A stretch of 64,000 bases of DNA from Vicugna vicugna (taxonomy: Eukaryota): contig MU058016.1 of NCBI GenBank assembly GCA_013265495.1, forward strand, positions 124,001 to 188,000. Direction: 5' to 3'. Below are positions 40,546 through 54,625 of this stretch, piece after piece. The position numbers and the translations under genes were made by a program. Each line of letters begins with the position of its first letter. Position 1 is the first letter of the stretch. Under the pieces are notes generated by a model. It searched no databases. It was not told the DNA's origin and worked only from the letters and a program-made list of their open reading frames with translations.

Positions 40546-41601
40546 CATATGCCCTCTTTCTAAGTATTCTTAATGAATACCCGTGGTTTCCTCTCATCTG
40601 AAAAAAGCCCTCTCTTTTTCTAAATTCAGTGCAAAATAACTGTTCCCAGGTAATGATGGATGACCTATTTCTATCATATTAAATGAGAGTAAATTGCTTT
40701 TAGCCTAAAAGGCTATGTTTATTTAGGTGGCTCAGCTAAAATGTCTTCTGGTTATAAAATATTTATAAAGTAATTTTCCTGTGTTTTACCCTTTCAACAG
40801 GGTTGCAAGTGAAAAAGTAGTGTTTAGGTAGGAACTACATTTGTATTTTACTAGTTCAACCATTTTCCCAAGTGAAAAGCAATCTCTTCACAGTGGGCCC
40901 GTACTCAACCTGTCAATCTTTATTTTTAACTCTGTCCAAATTTTAGAAGGAATTTCAATGCCTGTTTTGACCCACAATTTTTTGAATTGAAATATTCTGA
41001 TCTTCAAATGGCCATTTTAATTTTCATATTTGCCTTTTTAACTCTTCTCTTGTTTTTAGCATTTCTAAAAGACTAGTCTCTTTTTTTAGATTTTGGATTT
41101 TGAATGTCTTTTTAAAGAGAAGATTCACAAAGATTCAATCATGCAGAGCTCAAATAAATTAAAACAATGTTTCTTTTTTGAAAAGCCAGATATTCCAATG
41201 TCTAAACAGAGTGTTAGTGGAGGGACCAATCTCGTGAGCAGTTGGCATTGACACTAATCCATACCTCTGGTTGTGGAAGTCCACCAGTGAAGACGCCATT
41301 GACCTCTCAAAGACTGCCAGGGAAATTCTTTTCTGAGTTTCTCACGGCATCATTCTCAGAAGCAAACTTTTGGAAGCAGTATTTCTGAAAGCAAGTTCTG
41401 TGGTTCACTAATTCCCTGGGATGATAATAATTATTTCCCAATTTAAAATAAAATAAGATTACCTGGTTATATAACTACTGGAAATACTGTAAACAAAGTT
41501 AAGCAGTTTGACATGCTAAAATACATGCTGAGGAGGGAGCAGAGGGAAAGTTTCCCAAACTTACTTGACCATGAACTCTCATTTCAAGAAACAATGATTA
41601 A

Positions 41602-41626
41602 TGACTGGGTAAAGAAGTTGTGAGAT

Positions 41627-41670
<44 letters not shown>

Positions 41671-42140
41671 AGATACACAATAGAATACTACTCAACCATA
41701 AAAAGAATAAAATAATGCCATTTGCAGCAACATGGATGGACCTGGAGACTGTCATACTAAGTGAAGTCAGACAGAGAAAGACAAGTATCATATATCACTT
41801 ACATGTGGAGTCTAACATATGATACAAATGAACTTATTTACAAAACAGAAACAGACTCACAGACATAGACAAAAAACTTATGGTTACCAATAGGGAGAGG
41901 AGATGGCAGAGGCATAAACTGGGAGTTCAGGATTTGCAGATACTAACTATTATATGTAAAATAGATAAATAACAAGATCTTACTGTATAGCACAGGGAAC
42001 TATATTCAATACTTGATAATTGCCTATAATGAAAAGGAATTTGAAAAGGAATATATATGTATAACTGAATCACTGTACTGTACACCAGAAATGAACACAA
42101 CATTGTAAACCAACTATACTTAAATTTTAAAAAAGAAAAA
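41602..42140 (+). mobile_element. L1 3' end containing a (GATA)n microsatellite at ~41628-41669
   Basis: gccatttgcagcaacatggatggacctggag...acattgtaaaccaactatact plus an A-tail; aatgattaa is repeated on both flanks. Confidence 0.95.
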
Positions 42141-42610
42141 AATGATTAAATGTCTCAATGAAGAATTTAAAGCCACTATGGCAGGTTCAAAGGCAAATCA
42201 TCTTTCTCTATGTCCTGCCCTACTATCACTGTACAGCTTCTTAGGGAAGGGGTTGGGGGCAGGAGCGTAGAAGAAACCTAGCCCATAGCCAGACCACTTC
42301 AACCACCTCTTGTTCCTCATATTTCTAATCCTTTTATCTCTGTCCCCTGAACCAGAATGTTGGCCTCCTGATGCCAAAATGTGATCTGAAAACCCAGTAG
42401 TAATAGCTTTTTCCTTCTGTATCTAAATTAAGGGATCCTGGAATCCAAATTGCAATGAGAGAAAAATAAATCTCCTATGTGAACCATGCTTTTCAAACTT
42501 GCTTCCATTGTGCCTCCTTTGACCTGCCCTAGATCGTAATATTGTGTCCAAGAGAACACCACTTCCTGCAAGGTCCTAACTCCCAGCTCACATCAAATTC
42601 CACAGGACTA

Positions 42611-42724
42611 CAGGGTGACCAACCAGTGAGGGGCTTCCCAGGACTCCGGACTTTACTTGCTAAAGGCAGGAAAGTCCTGGACAAACTGAGACACAGTAAT
42701 GTCCTGGACAAACTGGTCACTCTA
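42611..42724. mobile_element. MER81/MER94-like hAT-Blackjack element
   Basis: Terminal inverted repeats cagggtgacca... / ...tggtcactcta; internal gtcctggacaaactg occurs twice. Confidence 0.75.
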
Positions 42725-45135
42725 TTCTCAAAGAAACCACCTTGAGAGCAGTCTTTCCTAGCAAGAGCAGAGAGTCAGGGTAGCAGAACCCACTTTCATG
42801 AGATTCTCACCTGAAAGCTCTTGCCTCTAGGGAGCTAGTAACCAGCTGGAGCCAGGCCAAGACAGTGACCTAGTGGGGAGTCTGCCTTTCCCATCCCACC
42901 TCTCCTCCCCTTCAACACCTCCAGCTCCCACTAAAGCCTCCTCTTTCTATCCCTGAGTCCTTCAAGTCTTGGTCATAGAATGTCCCACCTTAGTCTATTA
43001 TTCCCATTTTCATGCCTTACTGGCATCTCATTCTGCTTAGGAGAGGCACCTAGAGACTTGATCTCCCTTGAGTCTGAACAGAATCAGCAGAGTCAGATGC
43101 CCCCTGAGGACTCCTGGCACATCCATTTCCCTGTAGTAACGTTAATGCTCTTTCAACCCTGTTGTTTTTTGTGATCAACTGTGTTATAAATCTTCCTGGT
43201 CTGCTACAGTTCCTTCTGGCTGACTCACAGCTTCCTGAATCCACCCTTCCCCATTTACACAGAAATACCATATCCGTGTTCTTTCAACAGTGCATACTGA
43301 ATAGAGAAAATAATTGCACGTACAAGTCAACTTCTCCCTCTCCATTTCTTTCTCCCTTACGGCAAGGCTTGTGGACTAGGAGCAGTAACAAGGATGTACT
43401 GGATAGCACGATTCCAACAGGACAAGTCATGGTTCTTCAGTCAACAAGAAAAAGAATCTTAAAGGTCAATGAAAGGTGCTGGAGGAAAATGGACCTGGGT
43501 TCAGATTCCCAAGACTGCTCCTCCTGTTTGGAGGTGAAAATATCAAAGGGACAAGGAAGATGGGTGTACATGAAAAGAAGTGATATCCTGAAACTCTTTC
43601 ATGAGGACTTGCAATCTGCACTCTAAGCCATCTATACTAACATCTTAATCTTTGCTCAAATAGTCTGATTAAATTGCTCTACTTGACACAATAAGATTTG
43701 ATCTATGTTCTCAGCTTAAGAACTCTTTGGCTACTTGGAACATTTCATTCCTAAAGCTTTAAAAACCTGAATTACTACAAAAGGTACAAGAAAAATGATT
43801 TAAGTTTGCACTTTGGGGAAATTGTTCCACATCTCTTAAACACCACAGGCCCATGAGGCACTGTGAGTAATTCTGAAATAAATTCGCTTTTGCAGAGAGA
43901 GAGTTAATTTAAGTATATCCCAGACTAGATTTATCATCCTTCATCAGTATATTAAAAAAAGTCTATGAAAATATAAACTTAAACTTGGAGTTGAGACCTA
44001 AACACATTGCCAAGATACAGTAAATTCTGTATGGTTTTTAATGTTCAACTAACCTTTCATAAAAGATATTTAAAACATTAAGAACTATTCCACGTCAAGT
44101 AATTCAGTATCCATCTCAAATAAAATACTACTAAGTCAGTGGGCTGTTTTACACCTTTGAGTTGCTTACTCAATGCTTTTTAAAATTAAAATGTCATTTA
44201 CTTATTTGTACACCTAAGATATAAAGAGTATGATTTACATATACAGTAATAACACCCTTTTTTAAATTACTTACATCAATTAGGATGTTTCTACCGCAAG
44301 TAAGAGCCAATCCTATTTTTAAGTGATTTATACAATAAAGGATTGTGTTGGTTCATAAAAATTGAAAGTCTAAAGTAGGGAAGTTTTCAAAAGATGTCTG
44401 ACTTAATGTTCAAGGAAGTGACCCAGCATCTCATATTATTTTCATCATCTGCTCTGCCTTTCATGGTTTTGCTTCATCCTAAGACTGGAATCATGACCCT
44501 CAACAGAGGTTTGATTTTTGTCCCAATTTCGGTTGTGTGAAATCTTCAGGGCTTACTTAATGATCCTCCCTTCTGTCCAGCTCCCACATCTGTGTTTAGA
44601 TCTCTGATCCACAAGTATAAATCAGTCACAAAACCCTAACTGTTCACTGGTTTCCAAAAATAAAAATACTGTTCTTCCCGAAGATTTACTGAATCTAGAA
44701 AGAGCTGAAGCTTTGTAGTCAAAGGAGGGGGTCCCCTCAAGCCCTAAATGGTCTGCACCTGGATGCTCTCTCACTCTCCCACACACATCCCACCAATTCT
44801 CTTCCCCCACTAGGAGCAAACGTCCCCACTGGCTTCCTGCAGAGTGGCTTTTCTCCTCTCTCTGAAACCAGGGCACAGTGGACACACTCCACACCCTGTC
44901 CCCTGCAGAGCTACTCTTGCTTCATCATCACTTTCCTGTCCATAAATGGCCCCAATGAATAAATCATCTGAAATCCACATGTCATCACAGATGGGGGAGG
45001 GCTGAGGACTACAGCCATAAGCAACAATGTTTTTATGGCAAATTCTAAAAACTCAGAGTTTAAATGAACAGAAATGCTTTTGTCTTATAAACATTATTTG
45101 TGTATAGCTTACCTACTATAAATGCACCCACTTTA

Positions 45136-45292
45136 GAATATAGTCAATAATATTGTAACAACTTTGTATGGTGGTAGATGGTAACTGAACTTACTGCGGT
45201 AATTATTTCATCAGGTATAAAAATATCAAATCATTATGTTATATACCTTAAACTAGTATAATCATGTATGTCAAGTATAACTTAATTTTTTT
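45136..45292 (+). mobile_element. Short L1 3' end nested in an older antisense L1 3' end (~45095-45420)
   Basis: gaatatagtcaataatattgtaacaactttgtatggtg...; flanked by aatgcaccc at 45121 and 45293. Confidence 0.8.
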
Positions 45293-46508
45293 AATGCACC
45301 CTTTTTAAGCATATAGTTCAATACAATTTGATGAATGCTGTACGCCTAACTTATCAGCATGGTCAAGATATAGAAAATTTCCATCATTCCAGAAAGTTTC
45401 CTTGTACCTCTCCCTGCAAATGTCCACAAGAAGGTTTTTCTTTTAAGTTATAGAACATTTATTTGAATATTCTTAAGTTGAAATGGCATAAGAAAGAATC
45501 TGTTCACTTGCCAGAAACAACATTCGGATCTTCAGTTCTTAACATAAAATCAGATAACACTTCTCTAAGTATAGTTTTAGCATAGACTAGCTACTAATGA
45601 GAAGCTGTTGCCACAGAGCTTTTAAACCTGGCTAATATTTGAAGTTTAACATTCCCCCTAAAATCTGAGTAGGAAAGAAGTGTTTTAATGTCCTTGACAT
45701 ATTAAGACCTCCTACTACTACATGGTAGGTAATTAACATGGCTGAGAGGGTTGAGGGAAGGAGGAAGCAATATGGAAAGAAAAAAAAGACCACTTTAAAA
45801 ACATATCATATTACGCATTCATGTCTTTAAAATTATCTATGTACATACATAGAAATTGAATTTAAAAAATAAAAATAATTACAGACACCTCATTTCTTAC
45901 AAAAATGTTGAAAGTCTCCTAGCAGATCCTCTTCAAAACATTTCATGTTTTATGTCACATCAAATAATTTTCTCTTTCATCTTAAAAAACACACACTAAA
46001 GTCTAAAACAGATTATTGACTGATGGAAATTGAGTCTGAGATCTGAGTGAAAAGTGCTTTCTCAGCCTAAAGCTGAACATTCTGCTCCGAAAGTGCTTCC
46101 TTGACTGCTTCTCTAGGGATCGATCACAGATCAGACAAGAACTTCCCTGCTGCTGCTTTCTAAGAGATGCGGGAATTGGGCAAGTCCGGAACCCAACCAG
46201 AATGGATCTTGAGCCCCATTCGCATCTCTGTGGGGTGCAATCTGTGAGAGCTTCTGGAGTTAGCAGGCACTTTCAGCCTGCTCACTTAGAAGCAGCCTGC
46301 AGCCAGGAAACTTGTGATTTCTAGTATGACTTCACAAAATGTAAAAATTGATGCATACCATTAGAAAATGAAAATTCAGCTGAAATTGTATCCCCCAAAC
46401 TGGCATTGGTAAGGAAATCTGGGGGAAAATACAATTGTACAACAAAGGAAGAATTGTCTTAATTCTTTTTAAAATATAAAAACAACTCATATTAAGAAAA
46501 TACAAAGA

Positions 46509-46650
46509 GGGGAAGGTATAGCTCAGTGGTAGAGAGCATGCTTAGCATGCACAAGGTCCTGGGTTCAATTCCCAGTGCCTCCATTAAAATAAATAAATAA
46601 GTAAAAACCTAATTACCTTCACCAAAAAAAAAGATAAAGTAAAAAAATAA
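46509..46650 (+). mobile_element. tRNA-derived SINE (camelid Vic-1-like)
   Basis: ggggaaggtatagctcagtggtagagagcatgcttagcatgcacaaggtcctgggttcaattcccagtgcctcca plus an A-rich tail. Confidence 0.93.
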
Positions 46651-48419
46651 TAGGACAAATATAGTAAGCTAGAAAGAAGAAAAAATTATCCAAAATCTTG
46701 CCTCCCCAAAACTGTTAAAAGCTTTGATAAAATTCCTTTCGGTATTTTTCTTAATACAGTTGAAATTGTATCCCAATTTTTTTGTATGCCAATTTTCCAC
46801 TTAAGATTGTAATGTGTACATTTTACATATCATAAGTGATCATTAATAAATATTATTTTTAATGGCTGTGATAAGTTAAGTCCTCCAGAATACTCTTAGC
46901 ATTTCCCTAGTGTTGGACAATTAAGACAAATAACCAATTTTTAGTTATTTTAACACTATGGTAAGTATGTCTGGATGACTTTTACTTTATTTGGGGGACA
47001 GTTCCCTAGAATTTATTTCAAGATGTACAATTTCTACATTTGGGTATAGAAATTTTATGTCTCTTGTTACATGTTTTCAATTTGCCTTGCAAAAAAGTAT
47101 TATTTTTTCAGGGTAGTTTGGCAGTTTGTATCAAGGTCCTCACAAATCTTCCTACCCTTTGCATTATTATTTCCTTAGAGAACAATCAGAGGTATAGAAA
47201 GTGATTTTGTATACAATGTTATCACACTATTATCTCCCTTATCAAAAAAGTTGGCCACAATCTAAATATCCAAAAATAAGAAAGAAGTTAAACAGAATTA
47301 TGGTTAGCCAATTATTAAAATTCTATTTTTAAAAAATATGTAATAACAGGTAAAATGTTAAAATATAGCATATCAACAAGACTAAATGGAAAAGTCAGGA
47401 TATAAAATTATACATATAATGTACACATACACAGACACCCATGTATATATACACACATATATGTACATGTTCATAGAAAAAAGGCTAAAAACACATCAAA
47501 ATGTGTATAATTACTTTAGTAATAATTTCAGAGGGGATGATTATGTAAGAATTCCTTTCTGTGTACCTTGGTATATATTTTCACATCTTCAGAAGTTTTA
47601 CTGTTTATGGTATTTCTGTAATATATCCCATTTATGCACTTATGTAAAAATTGTATGTATATGTATATACATGATACTGAATATAACATTCAAAACAAAA
47701 ATAATTTTAGAGATGCCCCAATTCTTACAAAATAATTGTTCAGTTTATTTTTATCTAATTTGTTTTGAACAGTTTATCAATTCACATGGATAATTTTTCA
47801 TATCACAAAAATAAAATCACTGTGTAATTAGTAAGAACCCCTCTAACAATGTACCGTGAAACGCTCTACCAATAATGTGGTATCAGAGTCCGAAGTTTCC
47901 AAATAGCTTAAATATGTTATTCAGAGGCAATCTTAGACACACACACAAAATTACAAAGTTTTCCATATAAAAAAGGTTTCATTATTTGTCACATTATTGA
48001 CAGTGTCAATTTCTTTTTAAAAAGTTCCTTCACAGTGGAGTAGAAACAGAATTACAGAATTCATACATTTGCCTGTGTTTACATATGTTAGAACAAAGCC
48101 TCTCTTTTTTAATGTCACTCTCAGTCCCTGACCTTGAATTGACTCATAAATTAATACTAGTGTTTAAATTGCCCCTGTGTTTATATTTTCCTTTAAATTG
48201 TTAATCATGTCAAGCCAGTTCATACATGTATTTTAGAATATAATGTCATAAGAATTTATCACATGTAAATTCACCAGGAATAAACATGCCTCTCCAGCGT
48301 GAAGTATTTTCATGCTACTAAATCAGGCTTTACCTCTCAGGCTTTGTTCTAACATATTAGTACATCCACAGGACTCAAGGACCCAGTCAACACTACTTGA
48401 CCGCTCAGCTCTCCGTCTT

Positions 48420-48930
48420 GACCTGCAGGGTAAATTCCACACTCCTTAGGTGCTTACGAAGAGACAAGAGCCTTCAGGGTCCAACCTCTGCTCACCTGTA
48501 CAACCTCATCTCTGATGATTAACCCACCTTGTTTCTCCACTCAGCATTGCTTGTCATGGAGATGGGCATTCCCCAAGCAGAAACACACTCACTTACTGTA
48601 TGGAGTAATTTCTACAGAGCCTTGGGGCTCCCCTCAGTGTCACCTCTCCCAAGAAGTCCTCTTCCTTGCCCCCTTCCTAGAAGGCTGCCATGTGTTCTTC
48701 CCCTGGGATGCCCAGCACCTCTGCCTTCCTCTATAAATGCACTCACCCTATTTCATCTTGAATGCCTGGGTACTTATTATACATTGCTTTTTAGAATATC
48801 AAAGGAAATTTGTTTTCTGTTTTACTCATTGCTGTATGCCTAGAAGAGAACTGAGACATCACCCAATACATACTTGAATGCTTATATGACTGACAGAATA
48901 AATGAACAAATAAGTGATTGAATGACTGAA
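48420..48930 (+). mobile_element. L2 LINE 3' end
   Basis: cagggtaaattccacactccttag...ending gaataaatgaacaaataagtgattgaatgactgaa. Confidence 0.7.
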
Positions 48931-49054
48931 GGCATTCAGCAGAAAACTTGAGGTATAAAACACAAGATGCCTGGCAAGAGACAGAAGACATGCCATAAAG
49001 AAGAAGGGGGCAGAAAAGGATGAAGATACAGAGAGACTTCAAAAATAAGCAGCT

Positions 49055-49260
49055 TGGCATGGCAGAAAAAGCACTGACTGAGTCAACCATACTGCTGCAT
49101 GACTTTGAGAAAGTCAGACTTTAAGAAGTTTGAGAAAGTTCCTCAACTTGTATCTGTAAAATGGGATAGCGTACTCATTGGGTTGTTGTGAGAATTAACT
49201 AAACTATAAATACACATGCAAACAGTGACCTGCACATAGTAGGCACTCAGTAAATGTCTT
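49055..49260 (+). mobile_element. MIR SINE
   Basis: atctgtaaaatgggata...gggttgttgtgagaattaa...cacatagtaggcactcagtaaatg. Confidence 0.85.
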
Positions 49261-49327
49261 CCCATCCCCTTAGGTTACAGTTTAGTCTAGTTATTTCTTT
49301 CTTTCTGTTTTTTTGAAGAGGACAATT

Positions 49328-49506
49328 ATTTTATTGAGCTAAAATTCACATAACATAAAATTTCATTTTAAAGTATACATTTTATAGTGTAGTTACATTT
49401 ATAGTAGTTATTTAATACATTCACAGTGTTTAGTAACCATTACTGTAATCTAGTTCCAGAAAATTTTCATCACCCCAAAAGGAAACTCTATATACATTAG
49501 GCAGTC
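49328..49506 (-). mobile_element. Old L1 (L1MB-like) 3' end
   Basis: ttttattgagctaaaattcacataacataaaa...tctagttccagaaaattttcatcaccccaaaaggaaac. Confidence 0.88.
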
Positions 49507-51702
49507 GTTTGGTCTAATTATTTCTCAACCTATGAAAAGCTGATCACAAATTTCTAGGGGAAAAAATGGGCTGGACAAAATTATTTTCACATTAATTTTT
49601 AAAAAGATAGCCACGCTAGAAGAAGGGCAAAGGAAGGACACCGGACTCTTACAAGGTTAGGCATCCTGGCCGCAAGGGATGTGGGTAGGTAGCACATACG
49701 GAAGGAATGGGCCCCAGAGGTAAGTTCTGTACAGAACAGAATCACATATATTTTAATGCTGGGACATAAAAAGTATTCCCAGAGCAAAGAAAAACTTCTC
49801 TCTTATGGATTTCATTACCCTTGCTACTGACGAGACAAACATATACGATATTCAATTCTGTCCTAGAGCCATTTGGCTAAATGTGTGGATGTCTAGAGCC
49901 AAAAATACATTCATTGATTGTGGGATTAGAAGCTATTTATATGCTCTTCAGATACTTCTGTTCACCTTGAGGCACTGGTGCTCGTGGTAGGCTGGGTGGT
50001 TGGGGGCACTGGTCCTACTGCACAACAAAAATAGGCTCTTGGAGATGACTGGGGCAGCAAGTGGGATGGCTGCCCATCCCCAGCCAGCGCCTGGCGAGCA
50101 GACACCCTCAGGGAGGTGGAACTGAGATTTTTAGAGCAGGCTAAATGCACAAGGCTCACTCAGCTGGCAGAGAAGAAACTTCTATGCAGCAAAAGAGATT
50201 TTTGCAGAGAAATGAGGGAAATAAATCATGGCACTAGAGCAGCTGGAATAAATATTCCTGTTTCCAATCTCACAGAGATTCTGTAAACTAATTTAACAAA
50301 GAGCATGGGCTTTTATTGCCTCCACAAAAACTCACGGTTCCCGTATCTGGTGGCAACACAATTACTTGCCACCCGAATTGCTACTGTCCTTGAGTGATTA
50401 GCTTACCAACCTTTGTCATTATCAGCCATGTCAGGTTTTTTTTAATGGTTGTATTTTGTTTTGGACTCTGCACAGGTAAATATAGGTGACAGACTGCGTA
50501 TAAGGATGAATTCACTTCCCTAGAGTGTATTTTTTTTTCACTTGGCATTTTATTTCATGGTAAATTATCAAAGTTACTATCTTTTAATGTATTGCACTTC
50601 TTAATTTGGTGAGTCAATTGATTTAGGTAATAATAGCCAAAGCCAGGTAAAGGGTAGTGGGAGTTGGAGGCAGGAAACACAGCTAAGGGCAGTGGGAATT
50701 CACCAGAGCAGCTTGGCTTCAATTAGGTATTTGGGGAGAAGATGTTTGTTCAGAGGCGGGGGAGACAGAAGTGGTAACATGGAACCAGAAAATGGAAAAA
50801 GAGAGCCTGGCTGACAGCTAGGAGGAGGAATAGCAAGGTCTAAACATGGGGTAGGAATGACAGAAAATTGCCATTTGGCACCTGAAGGGAGACTTGCTGG
50901 GAGGATGTGGTTTGGCCTTGGGGAAGGTGCAGAAGGTAATTAGGACCCAAGGAAATTGTTTTCAAAGGAGAAAGCACCTCCAGCGCTGCTACAGTGCAGG
51001 TAACTCCACATGGACACAATCTAGGACTGATGGACGGATAGATGGACGGAACAGGCAGGCAGGTAGGTAGACAAACAGATAATTGTTTATAGGAATACAG
51101 GAGCAATTTTCAGACATCAAAGAGGCCCCCCAACCAAAAGAATGTTCCCTATGGGTTTCCAGGGATGACATCTTTAGAAATTCTGTTCTTTTAGTTGTTC
51201 AGCATGTGGTCCTTGGATCTCTGGATCAAAATGAGCTTGTTTGAAACCTGCAGGGGCGGAGCCTAGGAGTCTACAGTTTAAGAGTTTTATATACACATTT
51301 GAAATGCCTGGACCAAGGCACTGTCCCTTACAGGGCGTGAAAGCCATACTGAATTTACTGGATCCTTTCTAATAGACAGCAGGCCGAAAGTCAGACAGGA
51401 AGAGAATAGGACAAGAAACAGCTGGTGATGGAGAAAGAAGCCTTTCCCCTCTCCAAATGTCAGTGGAAGGTCCTGGACAGTAGGAGCCCCTGGAAGTGTC
51501 TGTCCTTAGGGCTGTTATGAGGGAACAGAAGAGTCAAACTACCATGATTGCCGCTCAGACCTTAGGGACCGCCAGTATGTGCCTTTTGTAAGGTTCAGGT
51601 AAAATGCCAGCAGCTCCACAATTCATGTCACATTCATCCACTGTCACCTGTGCTTCTGCACCTCTCTGTAGAATTTTGTCTGCACATCTTTATGGACTTC
51701 AC

Positions 51703-53170
51703 TTATTCATTTATTTAACACATATTTATTGAGCAATTACCATGTATCAGATACTATTCTCACCATCAGGGCAGAACAGTGAACAAGAGAAATAAAAATT
51801 TCCACCCCACGGAGCTTAAATTCTAGCAGGGAAAACAATTAGTAGGAAAAGTAAATGCATATTAGACATATAAACACTAAGAGGGAAATACAGCAAGACA
51901 CAGTAACAGAAGTGTGTGTCTGCCCAGGGCTGAGGGTTCTCAGGACACAGGACTTCCAGGAAATCTCTGAGCAACCTGAGATGCTCAGAGTCAAGGAGAT
52001 GAATGAGAAACCCATGAAAAGGAATAGCAGAGCTATGGGAGACTCGTAGCCCTGGGAAGTAAAGAACGAGTTTCAAGTAGAAGACAGCTCTCAACTCTGT
52101 CAAATGCTGCTGATGGGGCAAGTGAGATGCGGACTGAGATTTGACCACTGGATTTAGCAACAGAGACGTCACAGGGGACCTTGACAAGAGCAATTTTAAT
52201 AGACAGTACAAGGGATAGAAAGCCTGATTTTTAGTGATTCAAGAGTGTCTTAGTCTGCTTACACTGCTGTAATAGAATGCTAGCAGCCATGTGGCTTAAA
52301 CAACAGAAACGTATTTCTCAGTTTTGGAGGCTGGGACATCCAAAATTAAAGTGCCAACCGACTTGGTTGCTGGTGAGAACCTTCTTCCTGGCTTACTGTG
52401 TCCTCATATTTTCCTCATTATGTGTGTGTAGAGAGAGAGAGGAGACTGGGATCACTTCTTTTTCATGTAAGGCCACTAATCCTATCAGATTAGGACCCCA
52501 CCCTATGACTTCATTCAACCTGAATTACTTCCTAAAGATCTTACCTCCAAATATAGTCACATTCGAGGTTAAGGCTTCAAGACATGAATTTTAGAGGGGG
52601 ACAACATTCAGACCATAGCAAAGAGAGAAACTGGAAAAAGCAAAATAGAAACATTTCAGCATCTTTTCCTGTTCAAAAAAGGAAAAAAATTGAATGGTAG
52701 CTAGAAGAGTACATAGGATGAAAAGAAGGTTGTCTATGTGTTTTAAGGTGGAGGAAAGAAAAAAAAATGCTTGATGCCAATGGAAATTACCTAGTAGAGG
52801 GAAGAGGGGTCCTGGAATAGGAGAGAGGGAGTGGGACCCAAGTACTGCTGGCAGATGGCCCTAAACAAGGGAGGGCACAGATGGCTCGTTTGCTGAACCA
52901 GGCGAGGAGTTGCAATTTACGGACACAGATACACATAGGTCTATAGATGCAGTGGGTGGGCTATCAAAATTCCCTTCTATTTATTTCTATTTCACTTCAT
53001 AGCGAAATAGAAAGAAAAAGTCATCAGCTGAGAGTAAAGATGAGAGAGAAATTTACGGCAATATGAGAACAGAGGAAAAGGTATCAGAGTACTCTAGAAG
53101 TGGACAAGAGTGATAGACTAAGGAAATGCAATATAATTGCCAGGGAGCATTAAGGACCCACTTAGCATTG
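51703..53170 (-). mobile_element. L2 LINE, interrupted by an MLT1A-like LTR
   Basis: attcatttatttaacacatatttattgagc...gtcaaatgctgctga...ttgaccactggatttagcaaca. Confidence 0.8.
52246..52620 (-). mobile_element. MLT1A/A0-like solo LTR
   Basis: TG...CA ends with a perfect 5-bp TSD AAGAG (52241-52245, 52621-52625). Confidence 0.92.
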
Positions 53171-53678
53171 AGTTCCCCATTAGAATAGAAGTCAAACACT
53201 CACACCCTAGCATAGTGTAGTATGATGTATCCCACGAGGATGGTGACCAAGGGATGATCACAAGACTTGGAGTCTAGTCAGTCAGTTTCACAATTTACTG
53301 ATGTAAGTCATGAAACCTCCCTGAACCTCCTTGTATTTTTATCTGTAAAATCAGGATATTCATACCTCTCTAAGAGTCATGAGGTAGAACATAAAGGGCA
53401 TCTCCTAAAATATCAAGCACTACACACATCAGCGGTTACTAGAAGACTAGAGCAGGTAAATGAGAATAGCCCAAGGAAAAGTGTGAGGCCCTAAGAGGTC
53501 CTCAGGTCCAAATGAGGTCTTTCCAGGAAGGACTGCCTGAAGGCACTTGGGACAACAAGGGTGAGGTAACATAGAATGAAAAGGAAGTTGAGGACATTGC
53601 CAACTACTGGCTGCTGTGGCCAAGGGCTGGTTGAGGCTAGTTCAGCTGAGGACACAGCACCCAGCAGACACCCAGAGT

Positions 53679-53948
53679 CAGGGCTGCCATATACACTCTT
53701 TGTGTGAGTGAGAAATAGGCACCCTTTCCTCAAGACCCTTTACCTCCACTTGTCAGAAAACTGCCCTAGTATACTTATCTTATTAGAGTAAGATATTTTC
53801 TTGACATATGCCTGAAAATGTGTCAGGCAACAAATTGAAAATTTTGTTATGCCTAACAAATATGAAAATCTACATTGTTATTGTGTGGATGGTGCCCCCT
53901 AGGGCTGTACAGTGCACAACAACATAGCAGTTGTCTCAGCTGACCCTG
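53679..53948. mobile_element. MER91-like hAT-Tip100 element
   Basis: Terminal inverted repeats cagggctg.../...tgaccctg; internal ggtgccccctagggctgtacagtgcacaac. Confidence 0.65.
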
Positions 53949-54419
53949 AATACTAACTGACCCACTTCACTGACCACCACCTCAAGATTATTCCCTTATG
54001 ACTACATTTACAATAATATCAGAATATAAGGTCATTTTTCAGTTTTTAAGATGGAAATTGAACACATTGGCTTCTGTGCTTTAGGCTATACTCTTGGTAG
54101 CCCTGGATTTGAAGCTTACTGACTTCTACGAAAAATTTTTCATACTTACTTAGAGAGGTGGGAATTCAGTGGTACATACATTTTGTGTGCACTGTTCTAT
54201 TAAAAACTATTACAACTTTTAAGAACCAAGCATCCATTTAGATAACAAATTAGACTCTCATTTCACTGGACCCCAATTTCCTAGCCAAATCCTATGGATT
54301 AGAAGCTGAATTTAAGGAGAGAAAGAATCATGAGAAGTTGTTTAGCAAGGTCAAATCCAGTTTTCCCTTCTCACACAAACTCTATTTCTTGGATAATTGC
54401 CACCTTGTAAAATAATCAC

Positions 54420-54625
54420 TAATAATAGCTGCTTCTTAGTGGATTCCCAGCATAGCACTCAGCAGAGTGCTTTAGGTGTATTGTTGCATTGAATCCTCTC
54501 AACCACCTTATGAGATTGATGTTATTAGCCCACTTTACAGATGAGAAAACTGAGTCTTGAAGAGGGGAGGTAATTTTGCCCAAAGTAAATAGCCAGTATG
54601 TTGAGTCGTCAGGATTCTAATCAAC
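54420..54625 (-). mobile_element. MIR SINE
   Basis: aatcctctcaaccaccttatgag...cccactttacagatgagaaaactgag. Confidence 0.88.

Noticed and set aside
46509..46583. tRNA-like sequence with A and B boxes (also at ~29980-30050 and ~39445-39517)
   Set aside because: Each has an A-rich SINE tail, one has a TSD, and the copies are diverged, so these are SINE heads rather than tRNA genes.
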